From positions 45,759 through 109,758 of the forward strand of contig JBBIJY010000006.1 in the NCBI GenBank assembly GCA_037445735.1: a stretch of DNA of 64,000 nt. The letters run 5' to 3'. Made by a program: the position numbers and the translations under genes. Below the pieces are notes generated by a model, which was not told where the DNA came from, searched no databases, and saw nothing but the letters and a program-made list of their open reading frames with translations. Shown piece by piece: positions 20,122 through 29,301 of the stretch. The first letter of the stretch is position 1, and the number at the start of each line of letters is the position of its first letter. The stretch comes from Armatimonadota bacterium (GTDB lineage: Bacteria; Armatimonadota; Fimbriimonadia; Fimbriimonadales; GBS-DC).

Positions 20122-20885
20122 CCCTCAAGCGGGCGGCGCAGGATGCAATAGAGATTGTTCGTGAAATATTCGGTCAGGAACGGGATGCGGGCAATCAGCG
20201 CGAACAGGCGCAGCACAGGATGGCGACTGTTGTTCGGCTTGAAAAACAGCACCTCGAAGCCCGACTGCTCAATAATGCGCTGATAGTCGGCGAACGCGAG
20301 CATATTCATGCCCAGATCGCGATAGGAGCGCACCTCGCGCCGAAGCCTGCGACTGAGCCAGCGCATCGCCACCTGCTGCGGCACAATCAGATGCGCCCAC
20401 GGCAGGTTCACCCCAAACACGCGCTTCAGATGGTCATGGTCGCCAAAGGGGCTGTTCCAGAGCGGACCAATCGCCGCATAGAGCAAGCCGCCCGGCTTGA
20501 GCCGCTTGTACATCTCGTGCAGCACGCTCTCCAGCTCCATCACATGCTCAAAGGTATCTTTGGAGGTCATTAGATCGAAGCCGCTCTCGTCCAGCTCGGC
20601 GATATCGATGCAATAAAACTCGACATGCTCGACGAGTTCGGGGTAGTTGAGCTGAAGGTTTTGCCGGGCGAACTCGATCAGGCGCGGGTTGAGGTCGACG
20701 CCCACCACCCGCGCAGCGCCCGCTTTCGCCATATCGACGCAGAGGCTGCCGTGCCCGCAGCCGAGATCCAGCACCTTTTTGCCGCGCAGGTCAGGTTGAC
20801 CGCCCAGACGACTCCAGAAGCGCGGGTTCTCCCATGCGCCGCGTCGGAAGTAATCCAGATCGGCTTTCGTCAGCAAATCGCTCAT
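20118..20885 (-). CDS. Class I SAM-dependent methyltransferase
   Basis: VLDLGCGHG, FEHV, LKPGG. Confidence 0.9.
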   Translation of the reverse strand: MSDLLTKADLDYFRRGAWENPRFWSRLGGQPDLRGKKVLDLGCGHGSLCVDMAKAGAARVVGVDLNPRLIEFARQNLQLNYPELVEHVEFYCIDIAELDESGFDLMTSKDTFEHVMELESVLHEMYKRLKPGGLLYAAIGPLWNSPFGDHDHLKRVFGVNLPWAHLIVPQQVAMRWLSRRLRREVRSYRDLGMNMLAFADYQRIIEQSGFEVLFFKPNNSRHPVLRLFALIARIPFLTEYFTNNLYCILRRPLEG

Positions 20886-21043
20886 CGCGCCTAATAGAGG
20901 AGCATACCCCATGTGTGTCCGTCCATGAACACCGTGTAAAGAAAAGCGTCAAAGGTTCCGATAATCTGCTTCGAGCCTTCCAGCGAGCCAGCTGGCGATT
21001 GCTGTGAAGTGCTCTCCATAAATCACTGCGATGGAGGTTGATT

Positions 21044-21394
21044 ATGCCGAGGCGAAGCAAGAAGCAGAAGCTGCCGATCGAACAGCGACCGGTCTCTATC
21101 AGCGTCGCGAGCTATCTGACAGGTGTGGAGAGCCACACGCTGCGCTACTGGGAACGCGAGTTCTCCGAGTTCCTGCGCCCGATCCGCTCCGCAGGCGGTC
21201 AGCGGCGCTACCGCCCCGAAGATATCGAGGTCATCCGCGAGATCAAGCGCCTGCTCAAAGAGGAAATGTACACGATAGCGGGCGCGAAGCGCAAGCTGCG
21301 CGAGCGGTTCGGCACGCCGCAGCCCTCTCAGGGCAACAACGGCACCTCACCCAACCGCGCCCGCGCAAAACGGCGCACGCCCAGCCGTCGCTAA
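21044..21394 (+). CDS. MerR family HTH regulator
   Basis: HTLRYWE, GGQRRY, YTIAGAK; GGAGG SD. Confidence 0.9.
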   Translation: MPRRSKKQKLPIEQRPVSISVASYLTGVESHTLRYWEREFSEFLRPIRSAGGQRRYRPEDIEVIREIKRLLKEEMYTIAGAKRKLRERFGTPQPSQGNNGTSPNRARAKRRTPSRR

Positions 21395-21428
21395 GCCCGA
21401 TACTGCCCGTGGTAAAGGAGGGTTCCAG

Positions 21429-24400
21429 ATGGCTCGTCCCCCGATCCTTCCGCCGACGCTCTGGCAGGGCGGCATCTTCTCGGTGCACAGCCTCGCGCGG
21501 GTCAATCGCGAGCTGATCCAGGCACTGCTGACGCTGGACCCCGATTGGCAGGTTCATCTGATTGCCCGCGAATCGGGCGATTCGATTGAGAGCGCCGCCG
21601 GGCATCCCCTGCGTCGCTACCTGCTGCTGGGCGAGAACCCGCCGCCCGCAAATGGCTGGCAGGTGTGGGTGCGCCACCAGTTCCCGCCCGACTGGAGCCT
21701 CTCGCCCGTACCGCTGGCGGTGATTCAGCCGTGGGAGTTCGGCGCCGCGCCGCGCGACTGGGTGGAACAGATTCGCGCCCGCCACGCCCAGCTCTGGACG
21801 CCCTCCCGATTCGTATACGAAACCTTTCTGCAGGCAGGCGTGCCCGAAACGCAACTGCGCCTCGTGCCGAATGGGGTCAATCCCGACCAGTTCCATCCCG
21901 CTGTGCCCCCGCTCGATCTGACCCCCATCGGTCAGACCAATGTGCCCCGCGAGAGCATCCCGCACCGTTATAAGTTCCTGTTCGTGGGCGGCACGATTCG
22001 GCGCAAAGGTATCGATGTTTTGCTGAACGCCTATCGCGCCGCCTTCAGCCGTAAAGACGATGTGCTGCTGATTGTCAAAGATTTTGGGGCACAGGATGTG
22101 TACAGCCGCCAGAATCTTCAGGCGCAACTGCTGGAGTGGGTGCGTGACCCTGATGCGCCCCCGCTGCTCTACATGCCCGACACGCTGCCCGAATCGGCGA
22201 TGGCAGGTCTCTATCGCGCCGCCGACTGCCTGGTGCATCCCTATCGGGCGGAAGGCTTCGGCTTGCCGATTGCCGAGGCGATGGCGTGCGGAATCCCCGT
22301 CATCACCACCGGGTTCGGCGCGTGCCTTGACTTCTGCACCGAGCAAAACGCCTATCTGCTGCCCGCCGCAGTGCGCCCGCTGGAAGGCGTGCAGGGCTAT
22401 GAGCTGATTGGCACGCCGTTCTGGGCGGAACCCGACGCCGACGCGCTGATTGCCACGATGCAGGCGGTCGCTTCCAGCCCGCAGGCTGCCCGGCAGAAAG
22501 CGCAGCTCGCCCGCGAGCAGATTGTCAACCAGTTCAGCTGGAGCCAGATTGCGCCGATCGCCGCCCGATGCCTGCAGGAGCTGGCGCAGGAGACGCAAAC
22601 CACCGCCACCTATTATCACATCGGGCTGAGCCAGCTGGAAAACGAAGAGAGCGAAACCGCGCTGCAACTGTTCGCCCACGCCATCGATGCCGAGCCGCTG
22701 AACCCCCACCTGTACAAGGCAGCGGTTCAGGCACTGCTCCAGCAGAACCGCTGGGATGAAGCCGAAACCCTGCTCAATAAAGCGCTGGCGCTGCTGCCCG
22801 ACGCGCCCAATCTGCTGGCGCAGAAGGCATGGCTGATGCTCTACAGCGAGCGCGAGCAACAGGCGTATCCGCTGGTGATGAAACTGCTGCGGGCAGGCTA
22901 CGCGGAACCGAACTGGCTGCGCGAGGTGGTGCTGCCACTGAGAAACTACTTTGTGTGCAACGCCGGGCGTCAGCCGCGTCAGGCGCAACGCGCCCGCGCG
23001 TTAGAGGAGTGGCTCGCGCGCTATGGCGTGCCCATCCCCGACGAGCCGCTCGGCACGCGCATCACACTCTGCCTCGTCGCTCGCGACGAAGCTGAGTTTC
23101 TGCCCGAATGCCTTGAAAGCGTGCAGGGCGTCGTGGACGAGATTGTTCTGGTGGACACTGGCTCCACCGATGAGACGCCTGAAATCGCGCGCCGGTACGG
23201 CGCGAAGGTGCTGACCTGCGAGTGGGATGACGACTTCTCACGCCCGCGCAACCTCGCGCTGGAACATGCCACAGGCGACTGGATACTGGTGCTGGACGCC
23301 GATGAGCGGCTTCATTCGCGCAGCCGTTCCGTCATTCGCGAGGGTGCCCGCCACCCCCAGTTCGTCGCCTACTATATCGAGGTTGTCAACATTCTCAATC
23401 GGGAGAACCCGAATGACGCATTCATTCACCGCGCCATTCGCATGTTTCGGCGGTTGCCATGCGCCCGCTGGGAGGGTCGCATTCACGAGCAGATTCTGCC
23501 CAGCCTGTTAGCAGCGGGTGGCAAGCCCGCCACCCTGCGCAACGCCCAGATTATCCACTGGGGCTACGAAGCAGAGGTGATGCGACGGCGCGGCAAAAGC
23601 CAGCGTAATGTCCAACTTTTGCGCCAGACCCTGCACGAAAACCCGCAGGACGCCTTCCAGTGGTTCAACCTGGGCAACACGCTCTACAATCAGGGCGACT
23701 ATCAGGGCGCGTGTGACGCGCTCCAGCGCGCATGCGAGCAGATTCTGCCCACCGAAGATTACGCGCCGCTTGCATGGAGCCAGTGGATTTCCAGCCTGCA
23801 GATGCTCAAACGCTATGACGAGGCGATTCGGGTCGGGCAGCAGGCTCTGAAGCAGGGGCTGGAGCACCCGCTGATCTATTTCACGCTGGCACAGTCGTAT
23901 CTGCTGAACGGGTCGGTGCAGGAGACCATCGAAACATTAAAGCAGGCGCGACGGTGTGCAATGCGCATCGGGCTGTTGAGCGCGGATGGCGAGACCCTGC
24001 TCGCCTCCAGTGGCTACACGGGCGACCCCACCGTCGTGACCTTCAAGTGGCACCTGACGATGGCGCGGGCGCTGATGCTGCTGAACCGTCTGGAGGAGGC
24101 GGAAGCGCATCTGGAGCGCGTGCTGCGCGAGCGACCCGACTACGCCGAAGCGCATCTGGCTTATGCAGAATGGCTGCGGCGCAAGGGGCAATACGAACGC
24201 GCCAGCCAGCACTACGAGCAAGCCAGTCGCAGCCCGCAACTCACGCTGGTCGCCCTGCAGGACGCCGCCAATATGTGGTGGGAGCAGCGCCAGTACGCGC
24301 GGGCGCTGCCCTTCCTGGCGCGACTGGCGGAACTGCAGCCCGATGTGGAGGTCTGGTGGCATCGCTGGGTACATGCCGCCGAGCAGACGGGTGACCGCCA

Positions 24401-24818
24401 GGCGCTCTGTGAGGCGTTCGCCTATCTGGAGCGGCACGGCAAGCCGCTGTCGGCAGGCGTCCATCTCAACTGGGGGCGTGCTCTGTGCGAGCTGGGCAAC
24501 TATATTGAGGGACTGGAGCATCTCACGCGCGCGATCGAGCTGGAGCCGCAGAACGCGAACGCGCTCTTTAACGCGGGCGATGTGCTGTATCGGCTGGGCG
24601 CGTATGCGGAAGCCGCCGACGCCTATTCCGCCGCGCTGGAGCGCGACCCGTACAACCCGCAGGGCTGGTTCGTGCTGGGCAACTGCTACTTCCGGATGGG
24701 CGTGTACGACGCCGCCCGCATCGCCTTCCAGCAGGCACTCGCCCTGGACCCAAACCATGACCCCGCCCGCCAGAACCTCGAACTCACCGTCGAAATGATC
24801 CGCCGCACCGCTGCGTAA
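21429..24818 (+). CDS. Multidomain glycosyltransferase GT4-TPR-GT2-TPR
   Basis: RKGID and EGFGLPIAEAMACG (GT4); VDTGSTD, DDFSRPRN, LDADE (GT2); many TPRs. Confidence 0.92.
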   Translation: MARPPILPPTLWQGGIFSVHSLARVNRELIQALLTLDPDWQVHLIARESGDSIESAAGHPLRRYLLLGENPPPANGWQVWVRHQFPPDWSLSPVPLAVIQPWEFGAAPRDWVEQIRARHAQLWTPSRFVYETFLQAGVPETQLRLVPNGVNPDQFHPAVPPLDLTPIGQTNVPRESIPHRYKFLFVGGTIRRKGIDVLLNAYRAAFSRKDDVLLIVKDFGAQDVYSRQNLQAQLLEWVRDPDAPPLLYMPDTLPESAMAGLYRAADCLVHPYRAEGFGLPIAEAMACGIPVITTGFGACLDFCTEQNAYLLPAAVRPLEGVQGYELIGTPFWAEPDADALIATMQAVASSPQAARQKAQLAREQIVNQFSWSQIAPIAARCLQELAQETQTTATYYHIGLSQLENEESETALQLFAHAIDAEPLNPHLYKAAVQALLQQNRWDEAETLLNKALALLPDAPNLLAQKAWLMLYSEREQQAYPLVMKLLRAGYAEPNWLREVVLPLRNYFVCNAGRQPRQAQRARALEEWLARYGVPIPDEPLGTRITLCLVARDEAEFLPECLESVQGVVDEIVLVDTGSTDETPEIARRYGAKVLTCEWDDDFSRPRNLALEHATGDWILVLDADERLHSRSRSVIREGARHPQFVAYYIEVVNILNRENPNDAFIHRAIRMFRRLPCARWEGRIHEQILPSLLAAGGKPATLRNAQIIHWGYEAEVMRRRGKSQRNVQLLRQTLHENPQDAFQWFNLGNTLYNQGDYQGACDALQRACEQILPTEDYAPLAWSQWISSLQMLKRYDEAIRVGQQALKQGLEHPLIYFTLAQSYLLNGSVQETIETLKQARRCAMRIGLLSADGETLLASSGYTGDPTVVTFKWHLTMARALMLLNRLEEAEAHLERVLRERPDYAEAHLAYAEWLRRKGQYERASQHYEQASRSPQLTLVALQDAANMWWEQRQYARALPFLARLAELQPDVEVWWHRWVHAAEQTGDRQALCEAFAYLERHGKPLSAGVHLNWGRALCELGNYIEGLEHLTRAIELEPQNANALFNAGDVLYRLGAYAEAADAYSAALERDPYNPQGWFVLGNCYFRMGVYDAARIAFQQALALDPNHDPARQNLELTVEMIRRTAA

Positions 24819-24833
24819 AACAGCGAGCGGCTC

Positions 24834-25964
24834 TCAAACCGCGGCGGGCACGCGCTCGCCCTGCGCCACCCGAATCAATTCCGTGATCGTGCTTTCCGCG
24901 ACGGCAACGGCGCGGTCAGCAACGCCATAGTAGATCAGCACACGCCCATCGCCCATCGGCACGATGCCCGTCGGGAACACCACCCGCTCAAAGAAGCCGC
25001 TGACCTCGTAATCCTCGGTCGGCGTGATGAGCGGCTCGTGCGAGCGGTGCAGCACGCGGTGCGGCTCCTCCAGATCGAGCAGGGCGACGCCCGCGCAGTA
25101 GCCATCTTTGGCGTTCACGCCGTGATACACAATCAGCCAGCCTTCGGGCGTTTCAACAGGCGGCGCGCCCGCGCCGATGCGCCGTGCATCCCATAGATGC
25201 GGGCGCGGCGCCATCAAAAAGCGATGATCCCCCCAGTGCATCAGGTCCGGCGAATAGGCAATCCACATGTTCGGACCATTGAAGGGCGACATACCTGTAC
25301 GGTGCAGGGCGACATAGCGACCCTGAACGCGACGCGGGAACAGCACCACATTCTTATTTTCGTGCGGCAAGATCAGCCCGTGCCGCTGGAACGAGCGAAA
25401 GTCCTGCGTGCTGAACAGCTCCACACAGATACCGAACCGCGAGACGGCGGTGCAGGTGATGTAGTAGGTGTCTTCAATCGGGGTGATGCGGCAGTCCTCC
25501 AGCCCGTACTCTTCGTAGATGGTCTCCGGGAAGAGCGTCGGCTGCGGGTCGATGGTGAAGTGGATACCGTCGCGACTGCGAGCCAGTCGCAGGTGCGAGA
25601 TGGAGCTGAGATAGGTGCGCCCCTCCACATGGATGGCACGCGGGTCGCTCAGATCGACCTCTGGCGAGTGGCGCGGGAAGGTCAGCACTTCCACGCGCTG
25701 CGAGCGGTGCCGATGGTTCAGGTTCAGCACCGGCACGCCCACCAGATCGGGGTCGTCCAGCACGGGGCGCTCCGCCACCCGCAGCAGCAGGAGCACCTCA
25801 TCACCGTAGCGCACAGCCCCTGGATTGAACGCACCAATCACTTCCAGTCCCGGCTCGGACGGCGGCACCGCCTCCGGCACAATAATCGGATTTTCCGCCA
25901 CGCGCTTTGCCAATCTCCATTGCCTCCCTATCCTTAGATTACGAATTCTCGCCAAAAGTTGCAC
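24834..25964 (-). CDS. Glycoside hydrolase/phosphorylase family 130
   Basis: FNPGA, SSISHLRLARS, YGLEDCRIT, NKN, VVFPTG; start uncertain. Confidence 0.88.
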   Translation of the reverse strand: MQLLARIRNLRIGRQWRLAKRVAENPIIVPEAVPPSEPGLEVIGAFNPGAVRYGDEVLLLLRVAERPVLDDPDLVGVPVLNLNHRHRSQRVEVLTFPRHSPEVDLSDPRAIHVEGRTYLSSISHLRLARSRDGIHFTIDPQPTLFPETIYEEYGLEDCRITPIEDTYYITCTAVSRFGICVELFSTQDFRSFQRHGLILPHENKNVVLFPRRVQGRYVALHRTGMSPFNGPNMWIAYSPDLMHWGDHRFLMAPRPHLWDARRIGAGAPPVETPEGWLIVYHGVNAKDGYCAGVALLDLEEPHRVLHRSHEPLITPTEDYEVSGFFERVVFPTGIVPMGDGRVLIYYGVADRAVAVAESTITELIRVAQGERVPAAV

Positions 25965-25976
25965 TGGGCGCGCCTC

Positions 25977-27074
25977 CTACACCTGTGTAGTGAGGCGCAC
26001 GATGAGTCTTTCCATGACTTCGGCTGGATTTACAGCAGGGAGTACACCTTTCAGGGCGAGGTCCGCTTCGTTCAGGGCAGCGAACGTCTTCTGGAGACGG
26101 CTCATGGGGAACCGCTCCGCCTGCCGCTTCAACCTTTCTCGCAAAAAGGGCTGCCGCTGCAGCAGCTGAACCACATTCGGCTCATGCAGCAACTTCTGTG
26201 CCACATCCACCTGAATCTGCTCCGGCTTATCGATGGGTTGGTGATGCGTGAGCAGGATTTGCAGATCCCATAACAACCGGAACTGGCGACTGATAAGTCC
26301 GAGCGTCTGGAGGGCAGCGGTTTCGGGGCGCGAGCCTGATTGAAACAGCAGGTTCAGCCAGCGCAGCGATTCGGCGACATTGCCCGCCACAATCGCATCG
26401 ACGAGTCGGAACACCTGCGCCTGCTGGGAGGGGCTGACCACGCGCTCGATGTCGTCGCGGCTGATCTCGGTGCGTGGCTCGGTGTAGAGCAGCACTTTCT
26501 GCAGTTCGGCGAGGGCGCGCTCCGCGACGCCATCTACCAGCTCCATCAGCAGCTGGGCTTCGGGCGGGCGCAGGCGTTTGCCCGCGGCGCGCGCCGCCTC
26601 AATCAGGCGTGCCTCCAGCGATTTGCCACGCAACGGTTCGAGCGTGATCAGCATGCCATGCTCGCGCACGGCGTTTACCACCGCCTGCCAGCCTGCCGAT
26701 TCAGTTCGTTCGGAGCGTTCCGACGATTCAGCGGGTTCGGGCAGCAGAACCAGACAGCTGAAGGGCGGGATTTGCGGGATGAGTCGCGCCAGCGCCTGCA
26801 GCTCGGTGGCATTATAGCGATTGACCGCCTGCAGGATGACCAGCCGTCGCTCGCCCTCCATCGGCAGGGTCTGCACCTGATGGGCGACGGCGGCAACGGG
26901 CGTCTCCCGCGCGTCCAGCAGGGCTTCATCGAGACTGCCCGGCTCTATTGAAAGGGCGTGGCGCAGTCGCTCGAGGAACTCGCGTGCGAACACTGGCTCG
27001 TCGCCCATCAGCAGGTATACGCTGACAGGCGACCGAAACTGCTCCTCCGTGAGCTTGCTGTATTTCAGTTCCAT
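25977..27074 (-). CDS. holA: DNA polymerase III delta subunit
   Basis: VYLLMGDE, TLPM..RRLV, ELQK, VFRLVDAI, ADLALKG. Confidence 0.85.
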   Translation of the reverse strand: MELKYSKLTEEQFRSPVSVYLLMGDEPVFAREFLERLRHALSIEPGSLDEALLDARETPVAAVAHQVQTLPMEGERRLVILQAVNRYNATELQALARLIPQIPPFSCLVLLPEPAESSERSERTESAGWQAVVNAVREHGMLITLEPLRGKSLEARLIEAARAAGKRLRPPEAQLLMELVDGVAERALAELQKVLLYTEPRTEISRDDIERVVSPSQQAQVFRLVDAIVAGNVAESLRWLNLLFQSGSRPETAALQTLGLISRQFRLLWDLQILLTHHQPIDKPEQIQVDVAQKLLHEPNVVQLLQRQPFLRERLKRQAERFPMSRLQKTFAALNEADLALKGVLPAVNPAEVMERLIVRLTTQV

Positions 27075-29263
27075 CGTTGTGCGACTTCGATAAGGGGCGT
27101 TCTGCCCCCTGCGTCGCTGTGAGCGTGCACACGGCTCGCTGAGGCGAACCCATCGAGCCACAGCAGCCGTACGGCTCGCCCAATAAGACGAAAATAGCCC
27201 AGCTCCTGTCGCAGCACACGCTGCAACGCCTTAAGTTTACCCTGCACCTCTGCTTCGACGGCGTGGGCTTCGGGCGGCGGCGCATAGAGCAGGCGCAACA
27301 GCGGCTCCCGTAGCGAGTCAAGCAGTGCTGGCGCTCTTTCGGCGCGTCGGGCGTCGCGCCAGCCCTCACGGAGCACATGCAGGCACGCCTGCAGATAGTC
27401 GCCCGGTGATTGGGAGGCGAGCGGGGCGGGGCAGCCCATCAGCCGCAGCCAGTAGACCAGTCGCCTGTAGAGCGTATGAGCGCCTGCATGGCTCCCATGC
27501 CTGCCCAGCCGCCGGGAAAACAGGACGCTCCACAGCAGATAGATGAAGCCTGCGGCGATCAGCCCGTCCAGCAGGCGGCGCCAGCGATAGAGCGGATGAC
27601 GCCGCACCAGCTCGCTCTCTGCACTGCCAATCACTGGATCGCCTGCGTCGATCACGCGCGCGTTCTCCGTCGCATCAAAGGGAACCCAGCCGACGCCCTC
27701 AAAGTAGACCTCTGTCCAGAGATGGCGGTGGCGCTCGCGCACGATATAGTCGCCGGTTTCAGGATCGCGCTCCTGCAGCAGATAGCCCGACACCACCCGC
27801 GCTGGTAGACCCACATACTGGCACATCACCGCCAGCGCCGTCGCGAACTCGATACAATAGCCCTGTTTCGCCTCAAAGAGAAAATGCTCCACCACATCGA
27901 CCTCTGGCGGATAGGCTTCCGTATGCACATTATAGGCGGCATGGGTCTCGATATACCGCTTGAGTGCCATCACCTTATCATAATCGGTGGGCAGATCGGC
28001 GGTGAGTTGCTGTGCCAGCTCCATCACGCGCGCGTTGCGCGCAGGTGTGATCCACGCGCCCCAGAACGGCGTGATGGCTTCGCGCTCGCGCAGAAGGGCA
28101 GGCTGCTGGGAGCTGACCAGCGCACGGATTTCATAGCCTGTGCCGGGCGTCAGGGGGCGACGCACCCAGATGGTGCCCGTTGCGTAAACCACTCGAATGG
28201 CGCGACGCTGCTCAAACGGTTTGAGCCAGAGGGGCATGCCGGGCGAGAAGAACTGCTGATGGATCCCGCCCAGCACCGTGATCTCCGCGTGAACCTGATG
28301 CGCGTGCGGATAGTGGGGCAGGTTCGGGACAATCACAAACTCGCCCTGCTCGCCCGCTTCGATCAGGCGCATGCCAAGATAGGTTCGGTTCCAGCCGCGC
28401 CCTGTGTACTGGTCATAGGTGTCCGCTCGCAAATAGCGGGCGCTCCCTTGCAGGAATCGCACGCGCAACACAGGCGTATCGCTCAACTCCAGCGGACCGG
28501 TGCCCGCCTGGAGCGCGGGTACAGCGGGCATCTGACCCGCCGTGCCCGACGCGCGGAAGGGTAGACCAATCACAAGCCCCGATACCAGCTCGCCCAGTCC
28601 CAACCATAACACGAACGCCAGCCCGCTCGCCCCAACGGTCGCTATCAAACTGCCCAGCAGCGCGTAGCGCCCCACCACTGCCAGCGGCAACTGCACCCGC
28701 AACTCCATCTGGTGCGCCAGAATCAGCATCGCGAGCAGCACCGCGATGAACGCCAGAAACAGATAGGGCACAGCGGGCGCAAACAGATAGGAGCCAATCA
28801 GCCCGAAGAGCGCCATCACAGGCACATTCTGGAACAGCACCGATGGGGGCGAGACCATCAACGGCGTGCGCAAGGTCAGATACCACAGAAGCGAAGTGCT
28901 CAAATAAATCTCTATTGCAGAATCGGTCGGCATGTTGACCAGCGCGTTAAAGGAGGGCTGCACGGTGATCGTGAAGAGCGCGAGCGTCGCATCGAGAAAG
29001 CCGAAGACGAGGCGGGTCGTCTCGCTCAACGGTCGCTGACTAAGCAGTGCGCTCAACAGCGTTCCAAGCGTGATGAACAGAATCAGGAACAGGGTGAAAC
29101 TGGAGGTGTCCATCTCCATGCGGGCTGCACGAAATGCCAGCACGCTGATGATGCTCACCAACCATGCCGCCCCGTAGAGCAGCCAGTTCAGCGAGCCAGC
29201 GGGTTGAGCCTGGCGCTCCGAAACGGCTGCCTGTGATTGGTATCGCGCGTCGTCCAACGCCAT
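27065..29263 (-). CDS. Membrane transglutaminase-like protein (DUF3488/TgpA type)
   Basis: Multi-TM N-terminus; GYCIEFA, RVVSGY, HLWTEVY, WVPFDAT. Confidence 0.9.
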   Translation of the reverse strand: MALDDARYQSQAAVSERQAQPAGSLNWLLYGAAWLVSIISVLAFRAARMEMDTSSFTLFLILFITLGTLLSALLSQRPLSETTRLVFGFLDATLALFTITVQPSFNALVNMPTDSAIEIYLSTSLLWYLTLRTPLMVSPPSVLFQNVPVMALFGLIGSYLFAPAVPYLFLAFIAVLLAMLILAHQMELRVQLPLAVVGRYALLGSLIATVGASGLAFVLWLGLGELVSGLVIGLPFRASGTAGQMPAVPALQAGTGPLELSDTPVLRVRFLQGSARYLRADTYDQYTGRGWNRTYLGMRLIEAGEQGEFVIVPNLPHYPHAHQVHAEITVLGGIHQQFFSPGMPLWLKPFEQRRAIRVVYATGTIWVRRPLTPGTGYEIRALVSSQQPALLREREAITPFWGAWITPARNARVMELAQQLTADLPTDYDKVMALKRYIETHAAYNVHTEAYPPEVDVVEHFLFEAKQGYCIEFATALAVMCQYVGLPARVVSGYLLQERDPETGDYIVRERHRHLWTEVYFEGVGWVPFDATENARVIDAGDPVIGSAESELVRRHPLYRWRRLLDGLIAAGFIYLLWSVLFSRRLGRHGSHAGAHTLYRRLVYWLRLMGCPAPLASQSPGDYLQACLHVLREGWRDARRAERAPALLDSLREPLLRLLYAPPPEAHAVEAEVQGKLKALQRVLRQELGYFRLIGRAVRLLWLDGFASASRVHAHSDAGGRTPLIEVAQRWN

Positions 29264-29301
29264 CGCTTTCCTAATACGATTCTACCCCGCTGCAGGTTCG
29301 C

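Noticed and set aside
18349-22988. Long opposite-strand ORFs (18349-20112, 21255-22988, and similar ones such as 54062-55510)
   Set aside because: Antisense shadows of well-supported genes in GC-rich DNA, with no family motifs.
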